From: Cyclobacteriaceae bacterium
Lineage (GTDB): Bacteria > Bacteroidota > Bacteroidia > Cytophagales > Cyclobacteriaceae
Length of the DNA stretch: 64,000 bases
Assembly (NCBI GenBank): GCA_049115695.1
Contig: JAGDZR010000007.1
Span: 27,895 to 91,894, forward strand
Reading direction: 5' to 3'
Positions 28,008 to 38,080 of this stretch are shown piece after piece. The position numbers were made by a program, and so were the translations under genes. The notes beneath the pieces were generated by a model. That model was not told the DNA's origin and searched no databases. It was given only the letters and a program-made list of their open reading frames with translations. Every line of letters begins with the position of its first letter. The first letter of the stretch is position 1.

Positions 28008-30752
28008 TTAAAATGAAAAATTGTACGACACAGTAGGTATTGGGTTAGGAAAAACCGTGAGTTTATAAGCTTCTACCTCACCGTCCTTGACACTGAAGAA
28101 AATCGAGTATGCATTATTTCGTCCCAGGACATTATAGACGGAAAAAGACCAGAACGAATGTCCTAATTTCTTGATTTTATGATTTCCTTCAATATTCAAC
28201 CCAATGTCTGCCCTGAAGTAAGACGGTATTCGAAACTGGTTCCTATCAGAATAGTAAATATTCTCTACTCCTTTCATATTCCATTTCCCGGCAGGAAACG
28301 TTACCGGAACACCACTCGAATACACAAGATTTACAGACATACTATATCGACGAGTGAATTTGTAATTGGTAATAGAGTTAATGTAATGAGGCTTATCATA
28401 GCCAGTCGGAAAGTAATCTCCATCATTGATTGTTTCAATTGGGGTGTTCCCATCAAATTTCATTAATGACCGTGAGTAGGTGTAATTGAGCCAACCCGTA
28501 AGCCAACCGTTGGTCTTGTTGACCGAAACCTCAAATCCATAGGATCGACCATCGCCCTGCAAAACCTCTGTCTCAATATGTTTATTGAATTGCAGATTTG
28601 ATCCAACTTTAAAATCCAGGAGGTTTTGAATGTCCTTGTAGTAGATTTCGGAGATAAATTCGAAGGTATTCTTCCCGTAAATATTCTTGTAATAACCAAT
28701 CGAAATCTGATCAGCAATCTGAGGCTTGATATGCGGACTTGAGAGTCTCCAAGTATCCGTAGGAGCAATGCTTGCTGCATTGATCAACAAGTGCTGATTT
28801 TGTCTTGTACGATTGTAGCTGGCCTTCAATGAAGAAGACTGATTGAGGAGATATCTCATCGAAATCCTCGGTTCAATGCCAGCATAAACTTTGACGATTT
28901 CTCCTTTACCATGATGGACTGTATCAGTCCGATTGGATGCTACAACGCTTTCACCATCCTCATAGCGTATTTCTGACATTGGTCCCAGAACATTGTAAAG
29001 CGAATAACGCAAACCTCCGTAAAGCGAAATATTGCTGGAAAAATCATATGCCAATGAAGCAAATGGTGCTAATTCCACACCTTGTTCCTTTTCAACCTGA
29101 TCCTCTAATACAAGGGACCCTTCCCCAATCGGATATTTTGATCCGGGATTAATTCCGATCAGTCTATTGACAATACCAAAATTGAAATTGACACCCTCTT
29201 TCAAAAGGTAGTCAAATGTCAAATTGACCATGGACTCCTCGACCGAAAAATCAGTCCCAAATGCCTGAGTGGTCAACTGGTCATACCCTGTATGAAAATC
29301 ATATTTGGAAAACGCAGCGGTAAGCTTTGAAAACAAGTTGTTGCTGAAATCATGCTTCCAATTCACACTCACAAGACTGTTGGAATACGAGAAGTCTGTA
29401 AAGGACAACAGGGTATCAGCATTGAGTCGAAAACTATCAAAACTATAATATCCCGTAACGCTGATTTGATCTTTCCGACCTTGATAGTTGAGCTTACCAA
29501 TCGCATCATAAAACCTCACATCATTGTTTCCAAAAGAGGACTTTACGCGATCCAGAACAAAATTGGAGTACGTCCCTCTTCCACCAATCATAAAAGAAGT
29601 ATTTTCACTAATGGGCCCTTCGAGCATGATACTTGAAGTCACTGGACCCACCCCGCCCTTTCCTGAGAGCTTTTCTTTTTTAAACGTTTTTGAATGAATA
29701 TCAAATACAGATGACAACCTACCTCCATGCTGAACCGGAATTCCACTCTTATAAATCTCCATGTCATCAATTACATCCGTATTGACCACTGAGAAGAATC
29801 CGAAAAAGTGTGATGTATTATAGATGGGAGCACCGTCCAATTGAAATAAATTTTGATCTGCTTTCCCCCCTCTAATGTTGACTCCAGCCGAACCCTCTCC
29901 AACTTGCTGAACACCTGGTGTCGTGGCAGCCATTTTGATGATGTCTTTCTCACCAAAAAGAACAGGCATATTCTTCACCTCTTCCATACCTAGCCTTGTA
30001 AGTCCCATCTCTGTGCTTTGAATATTCGCTTCAGCATTAGCATCCACCACCACCTCGTCAAGTTGATGCAGATCTTCCAATAATTCAATGTCTAACTGGC
30101 CATTTGAGAATCCGACAATATTCCTAAAAGTATTCTTCATCTGAATGGACTGAATGACTATCTGTTGTCGACCATTTGGAATCGTCAATGAATAAAACCC
30201 ATCAGGTCCCGAGACTGCCCCCGTAAAGGGCTTTTCGATAAACAGATATACGCCTTCAACAGGCTCATTACTTTCTTTATCTGTTACATAGCCAACTATG
30301 GTAATGCTCTGTCCAATTTCAAACTCACTTTTATCACCCACGGTCGAGACTTTTTCTTCCTCATTTGAACTATTGGATTCATATTCCCGGGTAAAAATCA
30401 ATCCGATTTTAGCATCGCTTGCTGTTGATTCAGCTACATCAACCTGAGCAATAGCTGGCAAAGTATCAACACTCATTTTATTGAGTAATATGATCTTATT
30501 GCCATCGATGAAATAGTTGATTTCTGAATCATTGAACAACTGATCTAAAGTTGATGATATCGACGATCTGTTCAAGTTCCCTTCGAATGTCATCCCGCTA
30601 ATCCAATCCTGCCAGTAGTAGAATCGGAAATCCGATTCCTGTTCAATTTCAGACAAAATTGATGCGATCGGCTTCTCTCCTTCACTTAACTGCTGACCAG
30701 AAAGACCTGATGAAATTAGAATTGCTAAAAGAAAAATCAGGTAATGCTTCAT
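28008..30752 (-). CDS. TonB-dependent outer-membrane receptor with STN-like and carboxypeptidase-regulatory-like N-terminal domains
   Basis: Signal peptide MKHYLIFLLAILISSGLSG and an STN-like segment (ILSEIEQESDFRFYY...NKIILL). CarbopepD_reg follows (IVGYVTDKESNEPVEGVYLFI...DGFYSL), then the plug (GVNIRGGKADQNLFQLDGAPIYN) and a long beta-barrel ending in ...VSYNFSF. The ATG at 30752 overlaps the upstream stop (ATGA). Confidence 0.88.
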   Translation of the reverse strand: MKHYLIFLLAILISSGLSGQQLSEGEKPIASILSEIEQESDFRFYYWQDWISGMTFEGNLNRSSISSTLDQLFNDSEINYFIDGNKIILLNKMSVDTLPAIAQVDVAESTASDAKIGLIFTREYESNSSNEEEKVSTVGDKSEFEIGQSITIVGYVTDKESNEPVEGVYLFIEKPFTGAVSGPDGFYSLTIPNGRQQIVIQSIQMKNTFRNIVGFSNGQLDIELLEDLHQLDEVVVDANAEANIQSTEMGLTRLGMEEVKNMPVLFGEKDIIKMAATTPGVQQVGEGSAGVNIRGGKADQNLFQLDGAPIYNTSHFFGFFSVVNTDVIDDMEIYKSGIPVQHGGRLSSVFDIHSKTFKKEKLSGKGGVGPVTSSIMLEGPISENTSFMIGGRGTYSNFVLDRVKSSFGNNDVRFYDAIGKLNYQGRKDQISVTGYYSFDSFRLNADTLLSFTDFSYSNSLVSVNWKHDFSNNLFSKLTAAFSKYDFHTGYDQLTTQAFGTDFSVEESMVNLTFDYLLKEGVNFNFGIVNRLIGINPGSKYPIGEGSLVLEDQVEKEQGVELAPFASLAYDFSSNISLYGGLRYSLYNVLGPMSEIRYEDGESVVASNRTDTVHHGKGEIVKVYAGIEPRISMRYLLNQSSSLKASYNRTRQNQHLLINAASIAPTDTWRLSSPHIKPQIADQISIGYYKNIYGKNTFEFISEIYYKDIQNLLDFKVGSNLQFNKHIETEVLQGDGRSYGFEVSVNKTNGWLTGWLNYTYSRSLMKFDGNTPIETINDGDYFPTGYDKPHYINSITNYKFTRRYSMSVNLVYSSGVPVTFPAGKWNMKGVENIYYSDRNQFRIPSYFRADIGLNIEGNHKIKKLGHSFWSFSVYNVLGRNNAYSIFFSVKDGEVEAYKLTVFPNPIPTVSYNFSF

Positions 30753-31456
30753 TTCAATAACTCCTCGCATTTTCCCATCAAATTGACCAAATCCGTATCG
30801 ACCTGTTTCTTCACGTTGATGCTCATCTCCTTCACTAAGGATTTTAGCTCATTTGACATCTCTGGAAACACTTCGTAAAGCGACTTGTTACTTTTTAATT
30901 CGACATACACACTATCATAAAACATGTAGTACCTATCCTGATGATAGTAATCTACATCTCCTACACCTGACATGCCAGACGACATTTTCTTTAATTTGAC
31001 GCGTTTAGCAAGCAGCTCGATTTTATCTCCCTGAAATACTACCTCGTAAATACCATTACTGATCCCTTGTGGGGCATCATCTCTAAGCTGAGTGAATTGA
31101 GCTTCATTTAGTCGAAATGCATCTATACGATTCTGATTGATTCTGATCGCTGGCTCAAACTGATCCTTAGCCGCAACATTTTTAACTAACAAAACATCAG
31201 TGTACACGTCATAAAGCATCTGCACATCGTCATATACACGACCGTTATATTCGATTTGTCCGCTTGCCCATTCCATATTTCCGTAAAATTGATGAGCGAT
31301 AGCAGAGACAGAAGAACTTCTCGCCAGGGTACCCTCATAAATCTCAAGGATTGAGTCATAATACGAGGAAGGGTTTGGGGACTCATCTGACTCTTGGGCG
31401 TGGGATATCAATGCAGAACAACCAACCAAAATGTAAAGGACATACCTCATTATCAC
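30749..31456 (-). CDS. hypothetical secreted protein (first gene of the receptor operon)
   Basis: 235 aa with signal peptide MIMRYVLYILVGCSALISHAQ. I recognise no domain. Confidence 0.65.
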   Translation of the reverse strand: MIMRYVLYILVGCSALISHAQESDESPNPSSYYDSILEIYEGTLARSSSVSAIAHQFYGNMEWASGQIEYNGRVYDDVQMLYDVYTDVLLVKNVAAKDQFEPAIRINQNRIDAFRLNEAQFTQLRDDAPQGISNGIYEVVFQGDKIELLAKRVKLKKMSSGMSGVGDVDYYHQDRYYMFYDSVYVELKSNKSLYEVFPEMSNELKSLVKEMSINVKKQVDTDLVNLMGKCEELLK

Positions 31457-31502
31457 TAAGAACTTATTAAAACATCATTTCCCTTACTAAGGGCAAATAT
31501 GT

Positions 31503-33047
31503 TTAATGCACGTCTCCCATTAATTTCCTGATCGGCTTGATCAAAACACCCAACAAAAGTGCCGCTCCAAATGTGGTTAACACGATGGTCATATATTGGT
31601 TTGGCATATCTGCTAATGCGTCGGCATTACCACCACTTGCCTCTCCTGCAATAATTCCTGCCAGCAGATTACCTAATGATACAGACAAGAACCATATACC
31701 CATCATTTGACCACCATAGCCTTTTGGCGCAAGTTTGGTTGTAAGGCTTAAACCAACAGGACTAAGACTGAGCTCTCCCCAGGTATGAAGCAGATATGTA
31801 AATGCCAACCAGGTTGGGATGGCTAAATCTCCTGAAGCGGCGATCTTAGCGGCGAAATACATCACAAAGAATCCGGCTCCAACTCCTACCAGACCAAATA
31901 AGAACTTCAACGGTGAACTTGGCTCAAAATGGCGTTTCGCCAACCAAATCCACATCGCACCAAAAAATGGCGCAAATATCACAATGAATACTGCGTTCAG
32001 TGATTGAAACCACGCTGCTGGTATTTCCCAACCAAACATGGTTCTGTCAGTAAAACGCTGAGCGAAAAGATTTAGGGTCGAACCTGCCTGCTCAAATCCT
32101 GACCAGAAAACCGCTGAGAAGATGAAAACAATGCCAATAGCAACCACCTTCTTTTTATCAACCATATCAAGCCCACCGAACAATACTATATAGAACAAAT
32201 ACGAGAAGGCCACTACTGCGATTATATACTTAGAAGCATTAGCCACAGCGCTTGCGTCAATGGGTATCACTCCGCTAAACAATAAAACAAGCACGACAAC
32301 AATTGTGCCCAAAACAAAGCCTGTATTCTTCTTTAGCTTAGCCTGTTTTGTAACCTCTTCATCAGAATCTAAACTTGGTTCATCACCCACTCCATCGAGA
32401 TTACCAGCCGTCAACTTGTATTGAATGAGACCAATCACCATTCCAAATCCGGCCAATCCAAATCCAAGATGCCAGTTATAGGTAGCCAATAATCCTGTCA
32501 GCAGAGGCGCAATAAAGGCTCCAATATTGATACCCATATAAAAAATGGAGAATCCTGCATCTCGTCTACTGTCATCCTTACCATACAACTGCCCCACAAT
32601 CGAACTAACATTCGGCTTTAAAAGTCCTGTTCCAACTACAATCAGAATTAGTCCAAGATAGAAGAACAGCGTATCGACTGCCCCTACTGCATCTTTTGGG
32701 GCACTTGAAAACATTTCCAACGCACCAGGAATTGCCATTGAAAAGTGTCCGCAGGCGATAATGATACCACCATACCAAACAGACTTTTTAAGTCCGAATA
32801 AGCGATCCGCAAACCACCCACCAGGAAGCGCTAATAGGTACACACCCATTGTGTATAGGCCGTATATTGCACCTGATGTTTTATCATCAAAACCCAGTCC
32901 TCCACTGACCACTGGTGTGGCCATAAATAATGTGAGGAGTGCACGCATGCCATAATAGCTAAAACGCTCCCACATTTCAGTAAAAAAGAGGGTGGATAAG
33001 CCCTTTGGATGTCCAAAGAAGCCAGTATCATTTTGGGAATTATTCAT
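31503..33047 (-). CDS. proton-dependent oligopeptide transporter (POT/PTR2 family MFS)
   Basis: 514 aa with the PTR2 signature GHPKGLSTLFFTEMWERFSYYGMRALL and polytopic hydrophobicity throughout. Confidence 0.93.
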   Translation of the reverse strand: MNNSQNDTGFFGHPKGLSTLFFTEMWERFSYYGMRALLTLFMATPVVSGGLGFDDKTSGAIYGLYTMGVYLLALPGGWFADRLFGLKKSVWYGGIIIACGHFSMAIPGALEMFSSAPKDAVGAVDTLFFYLGLILIVVGTGLLKPNVSSIVGQLYGKDDSRRDAGFSIFYMGINIGAFIAPLLTGLLATYNWHLGFGLAGFGMVIGLIQYKLTAGNLDGVGDEPSLDSDEEVTKQAKLKKNTGFVLGTIVVVLVLLFSGVIPIDASAVANASKYIIAVVAFSYLFYIVLFGGLDMVDKKKVVAIGIVFIFSAVFWSGFEQAGSTLNLFAQRFTDRTMFGWEIPAAWFQSLNAVFIVIFAPFFGAMWIWLAKRHFEPSSPLKFLFGLVGVGAGFFVMYFAAKIAASGDLAIPTWLAFTYLLHTWGELSLSPVGLSLTTKLAPKGYGGQMMGIWFLSVSLGNLLAGIIAGEASGGNADALADMPNQYMTIVLTTFGAALLLGVLIKPIRKLMGDVH

Positions 33048-33121
33048 TATTTATTGGTAATTATGTTCAGGAAAAAAGAATGAACTTTGTAAGCATAAGC
33101 AACATATAGTGGTTCATATTG

Positions 33122-33129
33122 TAGCTTTG
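33122..33129 (+). promoter_or_regulatory. candidate Bacteroidota -7 promoter element TAGCTTTG upstream of pckA
   Basis: Exact match to the TAnnTTTG consensus, 38 nt before the pckA ATG. No well-spaced -33 TTTG is present, hence the low confidence. Confidence 0.3.
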
Positions 33130-33167
33130 AATCACACCAAACAAGTTTAAACCAATTAACTCAAACT

Positions 33168-34775
33168 ATGCAAGAATTCGGATTGAAATCCCAAAAAAGC
33201 GATCTTCGTAATTCAGGACTCAAGGTAAAAGAGGCTCACTGGAATCTTTCTCAGGCTGAACTCATTGAAGAAGCAATCAAAAACAAAGAGGGCCACCTGG
33301 CCGATACTGGGGCCCTTACAGTTGATACTGGAACTTTTACAGGTCGTTCTCCAAAAGACAAATTTGTTGTAGAAGACGAAAACACAAAAGATACCGTTTG
33401 GTGGGGAAATGTAAACCAACCCATTTCACCAGAAAATTTTGATCGTATTTTCAATAAAATGGTTGGCTATCTTGAAGAGCGAAAGGTATACGTGAGAGAT
33501 ATGTATGCTGGTGCAGACAAAACTCATCGGTTGCGCGTCAGGTTCATCAACACTTTTGCCTGGCACAACCTGTTTACATACAACATGTTCCTTCAGCCGG
33601 AGCAGTACAAACTAGAGTCTTTCGAACCAAACTTCACGGTAATATGCCTTCCAAATTTCACCGCTGATCCAGAACTTGATGGTGTTCGCCAGGAAAACTT
33701 CTCCATCGTAAACTTCACGAAACGCATAATACTCATCGGAGGAACCGAGTATTCGGGAGAAATGAAAAAAGGTATTTTCTCAGTGCTCAATTATACTTTA
33801 CCAACGGAAGATAACGTCCTATCTATGCACTGCTCGGCCAATATGGGTATTACCGATCGAGACACGGCTATCTTCTTTGGGCTTTCAGGAACAGGCAAAA
33901 CCACACTATCTGCAGATCCAAATAGACTTTTGATTGGCGATGATGAGCATGGCTGGACCGACAAAAACGTCTTCAATTTTGAGGGAGGTTGCTATGCCAA
34001 GGCTATTGATCTCACACGAGAAAAAGAACCAGATATCTGGGACGCCATCAAATACGGAGCAATTATTGAAAACACCAGATTTCATGAGGGCACCAGGAAT
34101 GTCAACTACGAAGATGGATCTGTGACCGAAAACACAAGAGTCTCTTACCCGATTCATCACATCCGAAATGCAATTCAACCATCTATTGGAGGTATTCCAA
34201 AGAACATCTTCTTCCTAACCTGTGATGCCTTTGGTGTTATTCCCCCACTGATGAGACTTTCAAAGGGTCAGGCGATGTATCACTTTATCTCAGGCTATAC
34301 TTCCAAGGTTGCGGGCACTGAAGCTGGAGTAGATGAGCCACAGCCGGTATTTTCTGCTTGTTTTGGGGCACCCTTCCTGCCTCTACATCCTACTAAGTAT
34401 GCCGAAATGCTTGGCGAAAAAATGGAGCAGCACGAGGTAAAAATCTGGTTGATTAACACCGGATGGACCGGGGGTGCTTATGGAGTGGGAGAACGAATCA
34501 AACTCAAGTACACAAGAGCCATGATTACTGCTGCCCTGAGCGGTGTGATGGACAATGTCGGATATAGAACACATTCTATTTTCGGAGCAGAAATTCCGCT
34601 GACTTGCCCTGAGGTACCTAATGAAATCCTCAGTCCAAGGGAAACCTGGAAAAACGACGAGGCATTCTATGCTCAGGCCAATGATCTTGCAAAACGTTTC
34701 AACGAAAATTTCAAAAAGTATGAGGAATTTGCCAATGAAGAAATCATGAATGGCGCTCCTAAACCAAGGGAATAA
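33168..34775 (+). CDS. pckA: phosphoenolpyruvate carboxykinase (ATP)
   Basis: 535 aa with P-loop FFGLSGTGKTTLS, plus LIGDDEHGW and NTGWTGG motifs. Full-length collinearity with bacterial PckA. Confidence 0.97.
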   Translation: MQEFGLKSQKSDLRNSGLKVKEAHWNLSQAELIEEAIKNKEGHLADTGALTVDTGTFTGRSPKDKFVVEDENTKDTVWWGNVNQPISPENFDRIFNKMVGYLEERKVYVRDMYAGADKTHRLRVRFINTFAWHNLFTYNMFLQPEQYKLESFEPNFTVICLPNFTADPELDGVRQENFSIVNFTKRIILIGGTEYSGEMKKGIFSVLNYTLPTEDNVLSMHCSANMGITDRDTAIFFGLSGTGKTTLSADPNRLLIGDDEHGWTDKNVFNFEGGCYAKAIDLTREKEPDIWDAIKYGAIIENTRFHEGTRNVNYEDGSVTENTRVSYPIHHIRNAIQPSIGGIPKNIFFLTCDAFGVIPPLMRLSKGQAMYHFISGYTSKVAGTEAGVDEPQPVFSACFGAPFLPLHPTKYAEMLGEKMEQHEVKIWLINTGWTGGAYGVGERIKLKYTRAMITAALSGVMDNVGYRTHSIFGAEIPLTCPEVPNEILSPRETWKNDEAFYAQANDLAKRFNENFKKYEEFANEEIMNGAPKPRE

Positions 34776-34796
34776 TTAATTAACCTTGTTTTTAAC

Positions 34797-34830
34797 AAAA
34801 GCCTGGGGCATCTTCGTCTCAGGCTTTTTT
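34797..34830 (+). terminator. rho-independent terminator after pckA
   Basis: AAAAGCCTG (34797-34805) pairs with CAGGCTTTT (34820-34828), with extra inner pairs. The T-run reaches 34830. The mgsA ATG follows at 34832. Confidence 0.7.
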
Positions 34831-34831
34831 A

Positions 34832-35206
34832 ATGTCAGAAAAAATGAAACTAGCAGTTATATCGCATGATGGTAAAAAGGCAGAAATGGTAGCCTTTCTG
34901 CTCAATTACAAGAGCAAACTACAAGGTGTAGAAATCGTAGCGACAGGAACGACTGGTGGACACGCCGAAAAAGCGGGACTCGAAGTGCACAAATTTCTTT
35001 CCGGACCACTTGGGGGAGATGCTCAAATTGCTGCATTAGCGGCTGAAAAGGAACTAGATGCTGTTTTCTTCTTTCGCGATCCAATGGACAAGCACCCACA
35101 CGAACCAGATGTTCAAATGCTGATGCGCATCTGCGATGTACACAACATTCCACTGGCGACTAATCCAGCTACCGCTAAGTTGGTAATGGAGTCACTGATC
35201 AAGTAA
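34832..35206 (+). CDS. mgsA: methylglyoxal synthase
   Basis: 124 aa with LAVISHDGKK, ATGTTG, GPLGGDAQI, FFFRDP and HEPDV motifs. An alternative start is the ATG at 34844. Confidence 0.93.
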   Translation: MSEKMKLAVISHDGKKAEMVAFLLNYKSKLQGVEIVATGTTGGHAEKAGLEVHKFLSGPLGGDAQIAALAAEKELDAVFFFRDPMDKHPHEPDVQMLMRICDVHNIPLATNPATAKLVMESLIK

Positions 35207-35213
35207 TTGTCTA

Positions 35214-36527
35214 TTAGGCAAACAAAGCTCCTGCAATACTTGCTGTCATCATGGTTGCTAATGTGGCAGCAGCCAGGGCTTTAAGACCAAGTTTAGATAG
35301 ATCAGCCTGACGTGTAGGTGCCATCCCTCCGATTCCTCCAATCTGAATGGCTATGCTGCTGAAATTAGCAAATCCACACAAGGCATAGGTTGATATTATG
35401 ATAGACTTTTCGCTCAACACTCCGCTGGATTTCATATCTGCAAGACTTAAATAGGCCACAAACTCATTGATCACCGTTTTCTGTCCTAATAGGCTTCCAA
35501 CAAGGATCGATTCATTCCAGTCTACTCCTATTGCAAATGCAAACCATCGGAATATCTGACCCAAAATATATTGTAAAGAAAATCCATCAAAAGCACCGTT
35601 AGTTGAGCGAATCACATACTCATTTAAGCCGGTAATGGCTCCAAAACCATCCACCAACACCCAATTCAAAGCAAATATGATGGCAATAAAAGCAAGCAAC
35701 ATTCCACCAATATTCAGGGCTAGTTTAACCCCATCAGAAGCGCCCTGTGCAAGTGCATCAATTACATTCACACCCAGGCTGTCTTTACTGACCTTAAGGC
35801 TACTATCAATTTTATCATGCTCATTTTCCGGAAGGAAGATCTTGGCCATCACGATGGCAGCCGGCGCATTCATGATGGAAGCACTCAACAGGTAGGTAGC
35901 AAATTTAGCTTGCTGAGCTGGGTCTCCCCCTCCCAAAAACGACACATATGCTCCCAACACACTGCCTGCAATGGTGGCCATCCCACCAGTCATGAGACAG
36001 TTAAGCTCAGATTTGGTCATTCCTTTGATGAAGGGCCTGACCAGCAAAGGGGCCTCTGTCTGTCCCAGAAATATATTTCCCGCCGCAGATAAGCTCTCTG
36101 CACCAGACAACCTCATCGTCTTGGTCATAATCCAGGCAAAACCAAAAACAATCTTTTGCAGCACACCCAAATAATAAAGACCTGCCGTCACTGAGGAAAA
36201 GAAGATAACTGTAGGTAACGCTTGAAAGACGAATAGGAATCCCAGATTATGTTTGGCTGATGATACAGCATCACTATTAATTGCTAGATCACCATACAGA
36301 AACTCTGCCCCTTTTAAAGCAAAATTCAAAAACTTTACGAATCCTGTACTGATCCACTCAAATGCACGCTGGATAAAAGCTACCTCTCCGATTAGCAGAC
36401 CGAAAACAATTTGAATGAGAATACCAGCACCTACCAATTTCCAATCAATGCTTCTCCTATTTCCAGAGAGTAGAAAAGCAATTCCAATCAGCGTAATCAG
36501 GCCAAATAACCCCCTCAAATAATCCAT
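35214..36527 (-). CDS. nupC: NupC/CNT family nucleoside transporter
   Basis: 437 aa. Starts MDYLRGLFGLITLIGIAFLLSGNRRSIDWKLV, as typical for the family, and is polytopic. Confidence 0.9.
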   Translation of the reverse strand: MDYLRGLFGLITLIGIAFLLSGNRRSIDWKLVGAGILIQIVFGLLIGEVAFIQRAFEWISTGFVKFLNFALKGAEFLYGDLAINSDAVSSAKHNLGFLFVFQALPTVIFFSSVTAGLYYLGVLQKIVFGFAWIMTKTMRLSGAESLSAAGNIFLGQTEAPLLVRPFIKGMTKSELNCLMTGGMATIAGSVLGAYVSFLGGGDPAQQAKFATYLLSASIMNAPAAIVMAKIFLPENEHDKIDSSLKVSKDSLGVNVIDALAQGASDGVKLALNIGGMLLAFIAIIFALNWVLVDGFGAITGLNEYVIRSTNGAFDGFSLQYILGQIFRWFAFAIGVDWNESILVGSLLGQKTVINEFVAYLSLADMKSSGVLSEKSIIISTYALCGFANFSSIAIQIGGIGGMAPTRQADLSKLGLKALAAATLATMMTASIAGALFA

Positions 36528-36535
36528 GAAATAAG

Positions 36536-37126
36536 CTAGTTGCGGCGATTCAGTTCATCACGTATTTGAGCCGCTCGTTCATAATCCTCCTCTGTGAGGG
36601 CTGTTTCAAGCATTTTACTCAATTTCTCTGATGACATATCTCCGAGCTTTTGCGGCTTTTCATCTTCTACTTCTACAGATTCTCGCTCCTCAGTTGGTGT
36701 TTCATCTTCCTCATCAGTGAGCATGATACCCGCCTCATTGAGTATCGCTTCATTGGTAAAAATAGGCACGCCAAAGCGCAAACCTATTGCAATAGCATCA
36801 CTGGGGCGAGAGTCTATATCGACTCTTTTCCCATTATGATTACAGACAATCCTGGAAAAGAATACACCTTCCTTTAGATCGCTGATTACTATTTCTTCAA
36901 CCTTAACATCAAAACTGAAGGCAAATGACTTAAATAAATCATGTGTCATCGGCCGATTAGGGGTAATCTTCTCAATTTCAATCGCGATGGCTTGTGCCTC
37001 AAACATTCCAATAATGATTGGCAACCTTCTATTCCCTTCTACTTCTCCCAGTACTAGTGCAAACGAACCAGATTGCGACTGACTGGAAGATAATCCCAAT
37101 ATCTCCAGTTTGATTTTTTCTGCCAT
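36536..37126 (-). CDS. bifunctional nuclease (DUF151/BFN) family protein with C-terminal UVR motif
   Basis: 196 aa. RRLPIIIGMFEAQAIAIEIE...RPMTHDLF core, an acidic linker, and a C-terminal EEDYERAAQIRDEL (UvrB/C-like) motif. Confidence 0.8.
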   Translation of the reverse strand: MAEKIKLEILGLSSSQSQSGSFALVLGEVEGNRRLPIIIGMFEAQAIAIEIEKITPNRPMTHDLFKSFAFSFDVKVEEIVISDLKEGVFFSRIVCNHNGKRVDIDSRPSDAIAIGLRFGVPIFTNEAILNEAGIMLTDEEDETPTEERESVEVEDEKPQKLGDMSSEKLSKMLETALTEEDYERAAQIRDELNRRN

Positions 37127-37128
37127 TA

Positions 37129-38079
37129 TTATGCTTTTGCCTCCCTAATTGCTTCGGTAAGTTTTGGTAAAACTTCAAATGCATCCCCAACAACACCATA
37201 ATCCGCTGCTTTGAAAAATGGAGCTTCAGGGTCCTTATTGATTACTAATATATTTTTTGATGAATTTACACCTGCCAAATGTTGAATTGCTCCTGAAATA
37301 CCAACAGCTACATATAAGGATGGGGCTACTTTGATACCCGTTTGCCCCACGTGCTCATGATGTGGTCTCCAGTCCATATCCGAAACAGGCTTACTACAAC
37401 CTGTAGCTGCTCCCAGTTCCTTTGCCAGGTCTTCAATGATTCCCCAATTCTCAGGGCCTTTTAATCCTCGCCCACCTGATACGACGATATCAGCTTCTGG
37501 CAATAATACATCTCCAGTTGCTTTCTCTTGAGAAGATACCTGGACCTTGAAGTCTGTGTCATTGATCTTCGGAGAAAATGTTTCAACAGCAGGATCGGAT
37601 CCTCCATCTGAAACCGGAACAGCATTCTTTTTGATTGTAAATATTTTCTTATCTCCGCTCAACTGAGTGTTCGCAAATGCCTTGCCAGTGTAAATACTTC
37701 GTTTGACATTTCCGTCAGCATCAGGCAGTTCACTCACGTTTGAAACAAGTGCTGCATCAACTTTGATAGCCACCCGTGCACTCACCGGATCTCCCAGTGA
37801 ACTTTTGGCCAGCACAAGTGTATTGGCTCCTTCTTCAGCAAATGCTTCAGCTATTGCCGACGAGTAAGCCATAATATTGGGTTGTTGATAGGCATCTTCT
37901 ACCACGTGCAATACCTTGTTCGCTCCTGCACTTCCAATAGCGTTCAACTCCGTCTGCTCGGTATTACCGAACACAATGGCTGTCACGGCACTTTCTACTT
38001 TTGACGCAAAAGTCACTGCTTCCAATGATGACTTTTTTACCTGCCCTTCGTCTAATTCTACAAATACTAATACTGACAT
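37129..38079 (-). CDS. etfA: electron transfer flavoprotein subunit alpha
   Basis: 316 aa with the C-terminal FAD-binding pattern IVVSGGRG...LYVAVGISGAIQHLAG. Lies 1 nt after etfB. Confidence 0.93.
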   Translation of the reverse strand: MSVLVFVELDEGQVKKSSLEAVTFASKVESAVTAIVFGNTEQTELNAIGSAGANKVLHVVEDAYQQPNIMAYSSAIAEAFAEEGANTLVLAKSSLGDPVSARVAIKVDAALVSNVSELPDADGNVKRSIYTGKAFANTQLSGDKKIFTIKKNAVPVSDGGSDPAVETFSPKINDTDFKVQVSSQEKATGDVLLPEADIVVSGGRGLKGPENWGIIEDLAKELGAATGCSKPVSDMDWRPHHEHVGQTGIKVAPSLYVAVGISGAIQHLAGVNSSKNILVINKDPEAPFFKAADYGVVGDAFEVLPKLTEAIREAKA

Positions 38080-38080
38080 C

